20,000 nt of DNA, taken from contig LVLI01000517.1 in NCBI GenBank assembly GCA_001687465.1, forward strand, positions 44,607 to 64,606, read 5' to 3'. Shown here one piece after another: positions 1 to 8,276 of this stretch. The stretch is from Halocafeteria seosinensis (Eukaryota). How positions within the stretch are numbered: position 1 is the first letter of the stretch; each line of letters opens with the position of its first letter. A program made the position numbers and the translations under genes. The notes under the pieces are model-generated. The model was not told the DNA's origin and ran no database searches. It saw only the letters and a program-made list of their open reading frames with translations.

Positions 1-1992
1 AGGAACGCCATACATGAGGTCGATCTCGAATGAAGTTAAATCATCCCTGGAGATGTTTTGATCCTCCATCAGTGCCTCCAGAATCTTACGCTGTAACTCT
101 CGCCGTCGATAGTTTTCTTCCGCTTGAGCCTTTTGATCAGCAGCGTCCGCTGCCTTCACGTAGTAGAACCTACCATCTTCATCCCCAATTGACAGACTCA
201 TTTTGCTTGCCGATCCAGTCGTTAGATCATGGAGTCTCTTTTGAACCCGATGCAGGCTGAACATGTCTAACCCTTGCATGACAGTTTTTACCTTCTGACC
301 ATTAGAAATTGACTCGATAATAGCGCCAAGGCATGTATCCCGCAGTAATACGGGCACGCAAGGCCTTCCTTGCCTGAGCAATTCTTCGTCTCTGTCTTTC
401 TGGGCAACGAGGTTGTTCATAGTGATGACCATTATTTCTGCGAGCAAATGCGGGAATTCGTGCTGAGATATATTGGATCCCCGACTGAGAGAAGCTACAT
501 CCTGAAACGTCGTCACCGCTACCTCTCTTCTTACCAGGAGAGGTATTAGTTGGAAATCCAGACAACACCTAAGGAATTCGGGCCTCGTGATGTGACTACT
601 ATACGTAGCAATGTTATCAAACGTAGCCCGCGATACATTGCTATGGCTCCGGGAATTCGCATAGAACTTAAAAAGAACGTCAAAGATTTTATGCTTCTTC
701 TTAAGAAGAGTAGACAAACGCAATGGCTCATTAGCGGACACAATGTTGGCGGCAACCTTGTGAATACTTTGGAGCTTCTCAAAGTCGTCGTGATCGTCTT
801 CCTCATCAAAGTCTTCACCATATTCTTCATTGCTCTGCTTCACTGGTTGTTTCGACGGTTTCTCCTTCTTCGTGGAGATATTCAGCTCGACGCTGTCATC
901 ACTTTCTTCGCCCAATGAATGTTCCTGATTGGTAGGTGTGTTGCCAGCTTTCTTCTCCTGTGATTTCGCTTCATGGGCACTGTTGATGGCACCTTGAAAC
1001 TCCAGCCAATTAATTTTCAGTCGACCTGCTTCGTCTTTGCGAAATAGCTCTGCCCTAGGGATATATTCAGACAAGGCGGTATAACCATGTTTTCTACCAA
1101 GGGAATCCACAGCTTCGGCTAAATCCTGCAACCAAGACAGGGGCAAGAGTGTATGGTATCAAAACATCAAGGGACCCTTCCATAATGAGCTTACATTAAA
1201 GTAAATATCTTGATCTTCAAACTGTTGAGACGGATCGTCTTTATTTCCTAGTTCACGGAAGATCTTCCTCATCTGTTGCGACTTGTTTGCTAAAAACGAA
1301 ATGGGATCCAGAGTTGCGGGAGATTTCTTTGGTGTTCCCGATGTCGGACTTTTCACGGAGGAGTTCTGCCCCGAAGACTGATGCTCCAAAGAATTTGAGT
1401 TGGCTTGAAGCGAGGAGTTACTTTCTCCTTTTTTCATGGAAGCATTGCTCTCCGCTTTCTTCATAGAGCTCGAGTTGGATTTCATGGACGCATTGCTCTC
1501 CGCTTTCTTAATGGAAGCGTTACTCTCTGCCTTTTTCATGGAATTCACTGACGCATTGCTTTCTGTTTTTTCTAATGGAGTCTCATTATCATGAGTGCTC
1601 TCTTGTGGTCCTCCACCCCCTGAATCGCTTTGATGTTGTTCCGGAGAATCTCCTCCTTTCGCACCTTCATCGGCATGTTCATCATTGTGGTCATACGTAT
1701 CGTCCTCGTATTCTTCGTCATCATTATCAGCATTCACAGGAGTCTTCTCCTGCTGACTACTGTTTTTCGGTAGAGGGGAGTTTTCGTTGTCGACTTGGAC
1801 CGAGGGTCGATTGTTTTCTCCCGCAGGACTCGACGGCGATGCATTCTCAGGTTTATTTTGATTCTCCCCCGAAGATGAGAATGCTCCGGAAGCAGCAGCA
1901 ACTTCATCATCATTATCTTGTGGTGTTTTATCTTGACCTGGAGCTGGACCTGGGGAAGTCTGGGGTGCCTCCAAATCTTCGCTCGTACTCAT
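1..1992 (-). CDS. 3'-partial spliced gene, complement(join(<1..1125,1195..1992)), >641 aa: acidic/Ser-rich disordered N-terminus followed by several degenerate EF-hand-like segments; function unknown
   Basis: ATG at 1992 (MSTSEDLEAPQ...). A phase-0 intron at 1126..1194 joins ...DQDIYFN to DLAEAVDSLGRKHGY..., and manual translation shows this frame open for 375 codons to base 1. Helix-loop-helix-like segments: MRKIFRELG..IYFNDLAEAV, ELFRKDEAGRLKINWLEFQGAI, FDVLFKFY..TFDNI..HITRPEFLRCCLDFQLIP, TTFQDVASLSRGSNISQHEFPHLL. The EF-hand call is inference from the pattern. Confidence 0.8.
1126..1194 (-). other. Spliceosomal intron, 69 bp, phase 0
   Basis: Minus strand reads AAT|GTAAGC...CTGTCTTGGTTGCAG|GAT. 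Splicing removes the stop that ends ORF 1159..2073 and joins it to a 1125-nt open frame. Confidence 0.85.
1413..1572 (-). repeat. Coding tandem repeat, ~5 imperfect copies of KKAESNAS(M/I), ~27-bp unit
   Basis: Translation EKTESNASVNSM-KKAESNASI-KKAESNASM-KSNSSSM-KKAESNASM-KKGESNSSL. The 20-mer GCATTGCTCTCCGCTTTCTT is identical at 1442..1461 and 1490..1509. Confidence 0.85.
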
Positions 1993-2000
1993 TATTCTCT

Positions 2001-2059
2001 CTGCAAGCAAAAAGAAGAAAAGAGAGCATAAAGTCATAGAATGAAAAGGAAAGGCATAC
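2001..2059 (-). other. Possible 5' UTR intron of the minus-strand gene (acceptor well supported, donor uncertain)
   Basis: A long pyrimidine tract ending TTTGCTTGCAG lies 8 nt before the ATG at 1992. Candidate donors are GTATGC (2059), GTGCTG (2089) or GTAAGG (2437). Confidence 0.4.
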
Positions 2060-3364
2060 TGGGAGAGGGCCAATTATGAAAGTCAGCACCTGAATGAAGC
2101 AGTTTCCGCTGCGGTAGAGGATTCCGAGGCCGCCCTTTCTCTCATTTCGCATCGTTTCCTCCTGACCCAACAGTTTATTCCTTCTCAGCATACTGTACAG
2201 CCCTATGGACATCTCATTTGTAGGTGATAAAGGACCCGAATGCTCCAAATACGGGAAGAACGCCTTCGAACAGCCCTTTTCTGACTTCTTTGCCCCCACA
2301 AATCATTCCCTTTCGCTCCCCAAACGATCTGTCATAGAGATCCACAGCCTTCCATTTGAGTCTTTTTATTAATGCACCCATCTTTTGCACTGCGCATTTC
2401 TAATAGGGTGAAAACAAGGGAAAGGAATCCACCTTACCGTTGAGCGTGCGAACTTCGTAAACGGAAAAACGGCAAGTTGGTTGTTTTCCTCAAATACACG
2501 CAGATTCTAAAGTTTGATTGGTGGAACACATCCAGATACATACATACAATTACAAGCACAGTGACGAACAAAGGGACCACTGAATGAAGGAGGCGTGTAA
2601 AAATGACCTTTTTTGTTTGTGGGTGGTGCTGTCGCAAGGCTAGTTCCCACAGGTCGCAGGGTGAGGTCGTACCCTTTAGGCTTTGGCCGCCGATTTGGAA
2701 CTTCAAAAACTTCATTCGAAGATAAGAGTCTACCACAGCAATCTTAAATCAAGGGCAGAAAATATCGTGCCCAACGTTTCAGACATTGAAATCACATGTG
2801 CTGTATTTTCTCATTTGTCGTACACCTGTATGAACCTCTTGGCCCTGAGGGGCCTGAGGCTCCACACAACCTCAACCTGAATTCCCAGGAAGGACACACG
2901 TGTTGCTGGCGTATATGCACTGGGTTTTGCAATATTTATGGGATCCGTGCACAAGGATAGCGGACGTGAGCGGAGAGGAACGTGCGTTTTCCGCGGAAAT
3001 TCCCATAATAGTAGGTGCTGCACAAATTGTACAACGTTGTACAAGGATTCGTGGCCATAATCATGTGAGGAAGTAGAAGCGCGCTAAGAGGAGACATATG
3101 GACGGCGTAAAGCTGGTGTACACATCTACCCATAAGTATGCGAAATTATGCGGACACGCTTTCGGAAGATTCTGACTAACATTTCTTCTCGTTAAATCGG
3201 GGAAGTCTGCTTATCCCTCAACAACCTCGACATCCCTTGAGCCTCTTGAGGGCATGAAGACTTGAGAGGAAGAATTCAACGGATTGAATTTACGGACTTA
3301 TATTGTGCGTGGGTAAGAAGGGTGAGTGATTGGAATTTTTTTGGGGGGAGGCAGAGGTCGTGTA

Positions 3365-3447
3365 CGGTACGTCAGAGATACCGGTATGTACGAGGCGAAA
3401 CAAAAGTGGTGCGGTACGTCAGAGACACCGATATGTAAGAGGCGGAA
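3365..3447. repeat. Two-copy direct repeat, 36-bp unit, 47-bp period
   Basis: CGGTACGTCAGAGATACCGGTATGTACGAGGCGAAA (3365..3400) vs CGGTACGTCAGAGACACCGATATGTAAGAGGCGGAA (3412..3447), 32/36 identical. Confidence 0.9.
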
Positions 3448-3899
3448 ATTTTCGTCTGCTTGTACAATTGTATTGTACTGTATAACTCAGTGGTGCGAAT
3501 ACGAGGTGACAACTGCAAATGTGGGAGATGTTTTCCCCGTACTGCAAGTGGACTTCCCAACCCCGACTGGGCGTTCAGCATCTGACCCATGACAAGAAAA
3601 ATTTCACACATGATTGAAGCCCCAAAACGTACCATAACTAATACGTATCATAAGTAGACTGCGCTCCCAAATACCAGTGGTACGCTTGATTAACCATCTT
3701 GACCAATATCCCGCCGTGTGAATTTCGTCACGGGAAATTCGAAAGCCGCGTCGATAAGTGTGCTCATGCTATTACCATTGTTCAAACAGCCTGTACGGAT
3801 ATAAACTGTCCCCAGCGCTTTTGGCACAATATTAGTACCGCATCTGAAGCCTCGAATTCAGCCCCGTACTGGAACTCCGAATAAAGGAGTCCATACACG

Positions 3900-6893
3900 A
3901 TGGCATCGTGGGTTAGAATACCACATCTTATACGATCCACGAAGCGTATTTCTTCTTTGGCCACTTCGATCTGGACGCTGATGTTGGTAGGGATCGCTGT
4001 CTTCATTACTGTCCTGGTTTGCTTGCTAATTGATCGTGTTCAAAAGCAACTGGAACTGGACTTGTTCAAAACCCGGGAGCTATATTCTGCTGTCGCCTCT
4101 CATTGTGCCACTCTGGTGCATGGATATAGTATGAGAATGACTCAGTAAGACAGCACCCATATTGTTTAGTCTGTTCTGCTTGTATCGTGTCGTTATCTTC
4201 ATTCGGTTGACAGAAAATTGAAAAGCCACGTTATCCCACATTTTCCGATAGGCGGGTTGCTAGGACCCAACATGGAATCTTGTGAATACTGCATACTTGG
4301 AAATACGGGGAGAAGGTTGAACGCCTCAAGGATGACTCTCGCACTGTTGCAGTGTAAAGCCATAGAGCTTTCAGCCTCTAACGAGAAGAATTTCATAGGA
4401 GGCTTCTGTAAGCTATGGCTAACCTCCGAAACAATCATATACCTCGAACCAAACGGTGGAGCTCATCCAAGGTTTAATTGGAAAACGCAGTCTGCTTGTT
4501 GCCTCATTCCATGTTCTATCATGGATCTGGTATTTCCCAAAAGTAACTTCATTCGTTGTTGGAGCAAGCACAGCACTAACCCGCCTGGAACGATGGCTGC
4601 TAGAACCCAGATACATAGGCTCCGAGAGCGAAGGAGCTTCATAACATCTGCTGATCTGTCCACTTGTGCTCCCCCACGAAGAAGTACTGTGTTAACGAGT
4701 GCCAACACGATGCCGAACGATGTGGATCCACTTCATAGTGGTGGCCGGCAGATTATCCCCACTTTAGAATACGTGGAGCATATGCTACTACTTGGATCCC
4801 TCGGCCCGACTTCGCCCAAATCACTGCTTATTTTGTTCAGTCTGCTTGTTGCCTCATTCCATGTTCTATCATGGATCTGGTATTTCCCAAAAGTTAAGAT
4901 GTTGGCAACTCCCGGAGAAGATTCCTGGCCAGTTCCTAGCAACTCTTTGGAAGGGACTTCTCTATTGCAATATAAAACCCAAAGCCCAACATCGGTACGG
5001 CCAGTGCATACATGTATTATGAAGAACAAGCAGTTAGTCAATCGACCAGATTTAAGAGTGTCTCAGGCCCACGCACTGCGGGTTACGAGTACTACGTCAC
5101 TAACGACGGTTATCCTAACGGCATTGCTTTCCGGTTGCATTCTCTCGAGCCAAGCAACGGCGGAAGATTTGCGGTCCGCAATTCTAGCTGGAAACGAATC
5201 CTGCTTTAATTATAATTTGGATGAAAACCAGTTTGAAATGAATTGTAGCGTGTTGACATGGGGTGATCATGGTTATACGAATCAAGATTTCATCTCCTTA
5301 GATGCAAATGAGATATTTGATGGTGGACGACAAAATGGGCACATAATAGATTTGGGTGGGATAAAGTTTTTCCATGGATTGTTTACGATGCTGAGTAGTG
5401 TTGCATCGTTTGATCAAGCTCCCTTGATTCGGAATCTGGATGTTAGGAATGGCTCAGCCGCAGAGAGAGGTGGATTCATTGTCCAACAACAGACGAAATT
5501 CTTTATCATAGATTCATGCAGCTCTTCAGGAGACGTCGCTGGTGATTGGGGCGGTGGTATATGTGGTTTTCAAAGTGGCCTTAATCATGGGCATATCAAG
5601 ATATCGAATTCGTATTCAACAGGGAGGATACTGGGTTCATATGCAGGTGGCATTGCCGGAAGCCAAGCGGGATACAATCAAGGGATTGTCGATATCACGC
5701 ATTGTTATTCCACTGGGGATATTGAAGGACAAGAAGCAGGTGGTATTTGTGGATATGCAATAGGTTATAGTAAGGGTCGAGTATATATAACTCGTTCCTA
5801 TTCCACTGGCGATATCATTCTTGGTGCTGACGGGAGTGGCGGTATATTGGGTGAAAATGCTGGTTATGATAACGGAGTCATTGATATCAAGGAATGTTAT
5901 AGTATGGGGAAAATTTCTGCAGATTATAGTGGAGGGATTAGTGGGGGTGATACAGCAGAGAATAACGGTGAAGTGCGTATTATAGATTGCTATACACGAG
6001 GAGATATTAGTGGCAAACAAGCAGGTGGGATTACAGGAAAGAAGACAGGAGGATCTTCAGGCCAGGCAACAGGTGATGTATACATCACGAATACTTATAC
6101 ATCAGGCGCAGTCACTGGGACGGATGCTGGTGGGATTATAGGAGGGATATTAACTGAAGTCACTGGAACTATTCACGTGAAATACTCCGTATACGATGGC
6201 AAAGGAGGAGCAGTATCGATAGTAGGAGTGGACCCTGGCAGCAAGCTTTCTAAGACAGGAAACTCAGATAATTTGACAAAAATTCATGGACAACTGTATC
6301 AAATGGGAGGATGGTCTGATAGTGCTTGGGCTCTAGATGGAGAAGGAGATGTCACTCATGACGACGAAAGGGAGATTCTGCCAATTCTACGCTTTCAGTT
6401 ACCGCCGTCTGCTACCCCTTCACCCATGTCCACGTCCACTCCATCTACGACAACAACGAGGTCGGAATCCCCTTCAACTAGCTCTGCAAGTGCAACCTCA
6501 TCGTCATCGCAGAGCATAACGGACACTCCAATCACAACTGCAACTGCCACGTCAACGTCGCCCGGAACCTCCATGTCATGTAGTATTCCTACGAGATCTG
6601 AGACTCCCTCAAGTAGCTCCGCACTCTCTGCAAGTGCTACGCTACTGTCAACGCAGAGCCAAACAAGGGCTCTTACTGGGAGTGCGAGTGCCACAACACC
6701 TTCCACGTCACAAGAGCAACCGAAGAGTGAGTCGTCGTCGACTCCAAGTGGAGATGCTTCGGAAGCTGCCTCACAGTCTGAGTCACGGAATGCCATCGAG
6801 CGAACCACGAGACTTCCGCTTGTGCGATGCCATGAGCCAGCTATGAGACATGTCTACAGGAAGGTCTCGGTAAGGCGAAACGCATGGACTTGA
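3900..6893 (+). CDS. GLUG-like glycine-rich repeat (probable beta-helix) secreted/surface protein with Ser/Thr-rich tail; model join(3900..4144,4214..6893), 974 aa (alternative starts 4272 or 5019)
   Basis: ORFs 3900..4148 and 4218..6893 are in the same frame and are joined by a 69-bp GTAAGA...GACAG intron. Both parts are homologous to the single open frame starting at 18743. There are seven ~31-aa repeats of form I.xxYSTG.I.G..AGGI.G...G...G.V.I (5505..6176), three hydrophobic segments in the N-terminal part, and a mucin-like S/T/P region (~6400..6790). The start codon is uncertain. Confidence 0.75.
4145..4213 (+). other. Probable spliceosomal intron, 69 bp, phase 2
   Basis: CA|GTAAGA...TTCGGTTGACAG|A. 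It contains both in-frame stops (TAA 4146, TAG 4167), matches the length of the other introns, and restores a frame collinear with the paralog. Confidence 0.6.
4488..4894 (+). repeat. Exact 57-bp dispersed direct repeat (4488..4544 = 4838..4894)
   Basis: CAGTCTGCTTGTTGCCTCATTCCATGTTCTATCATGGATCTGGTATTTCCCAAAAGT occurs twice, 350 bp apart, and is read in different frames. Confidence 0.95.
5505..6176 (+). repeat. Seven GLUG-like peptide repeats (~31 aa) within the CDS
   Basis: IIDSCSSSGDVAGDWGGGICG / ISNSYSTGRILGSYAGGIAG / ITHCYSTGDIEGQEAGGICG / ITRSYSTGDIILGADGSGGILG / IKECYSMGKISADYSGGISG / IIDCYTRGDISGKQAGGITG / ITNTYTSGAVTGTDAGGIIG. Confidence 0.85.
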
Positions 6894-8276
6894 CCGATCG
6901 GCAGTGTTTGCGTTTGGCCCGCTAAGAAACATACTCAGCGATTCCTTTGTGGAACGCCAAAGATACGGAACTCTAACAACTAGGCTACGAGAGGTGAAAA
7001 CAGGAAAAGTGAAGTGCTCTCCGCGAGTCATTGACTGCTGTTTTTTGACGACTCTTTGTAACTCGGTGACTTGCTTCGAACGGCCTGAAAAGCCGTCCCT
7101 TTGTGGGAACGCAGAGTATCCATTATTACTTGTACTGTGAAAAGGATTTAATTGATGGATTCCTTACTACGAGAAAGCAACGTAAGTATTCTACGTACAC
7201 ATCTGTTTGGCGAAGAGTGTCTAGAAGGAAAGCCTTAATAGTAAATAGACTACAGCGTGAGCGCAAAAGCTACCTATAACCTACCTGCATCACTGGGGAG
7301 CGAGTGGTACTTTGGTAGCTTTTCTTGAAACGAAGCCATTTTTATCAGCTATAGGCGTTAAATAACTTCAGAATGAATTTCGGGAGCATGGGCAAACGGC
7401 AGTTGCCACGCACTGCTCCCACTTTTGTATACCCCAGTGGTTCTCATCTCTGGCATATCGCGGGTTCATTCGGTTTAAGTCCGGGGCAAAATGGCACACC
7501 TCGGTTATCGAGGGCCCCACCCCGAAGCGATGCTGCTTCATTATCTAGTTCCAGATAACAAACAACGTAAGAAGTGTAGTGTATTTGGTTCTTTTCGCTT
7601 TTCCAAGTCTGCAAGAACATCATAGCCTTGGTCAGTCTTTTCTTGTGGTCGGGCGGACGACTCCGACCCTCGGGATCTGGATTCTTCAGGTTGCGAGTCG
7701 ACTTGCGACTTAGCGACAGGTTGTCGCAACCAAGTCACATACAAAAGCGTTCGGTGGATGAATTCCATGCTTGATGACGGTGCCGATTGCACGATAAGTC
7801 GTAGTATTGTCTGGGAGGAGCTCTATTCTTTCATCCATCTCATTTATTGGGCCCATTTAGCTTGTTTTACGCTGCGTGGAATTCTAGCTGCGAACCAGCC
7901 ACTAAACGCTCGCCCATTGCCTACAACCCTGTATGGAGGAAGACAAGCAAGACCAGACCTCAAGAGTGTGTGTTATAGTTTCTCTCGTTTTCATTTGAGT
8001 GATTTGGTGTGTTGAAAAGCTTCTGAAGTCTTGCATAAAAGCAGAGAGAAGGGTCCAGAAAACCTATCCACCCTTATCTCATTCAGTGCTCTATGCTCAT
8101 GTGTGTAGCGGATGCACGCACATTTTATTAAGAGTGAGTGACCAAATAAAGACGCATATAAGCGTCAAAAGGAATCGGAAAAAAAAAACAAGAGGAATCG
8201 AAAAGTGAGGGAGGAATCGAGAACTTGTCTCCCTTTCTCTCCGTTGTATTTTTGAGCTAACAGAGAGCAGTCAGTC

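Noticed and set aside
30..918. Short ORFs 30..260, 302..568, 546..830 and 550..918
   Set aside because: They are alternative-frame or antisense shadows of the long minus-strand exon 1..1125.
3208..3219. Short CTGCTTATCCCTC match shared with ~17528
   Set aside because: A 13-bp match is expected by chance in 20 kb and the flanks do not align.
3365..3447. CRISPR-like array
   Set aside because: Only two imperfect copies with an 11-bp gap, no cas genes, and a eukaryotic context.
4488..4894. 57-bp repeats as the ends (LTR or target-site duplication) of a small mobile element, or as a diversity-generating template/variable pair
   Set aside because: The sequence between the repeats is partly homologous to the paralog's coding region, so it is not an inserted element. 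The copies are identical with no adenine-specific variation, and no reverse transcriptase is present.
6894..8160. Hidden gene, RNA gene or transposon in the intergenic stretch
   Set aside because: No long frame, recognisable motif, tRNA-like fold or terminal repeats could be supported by eye.
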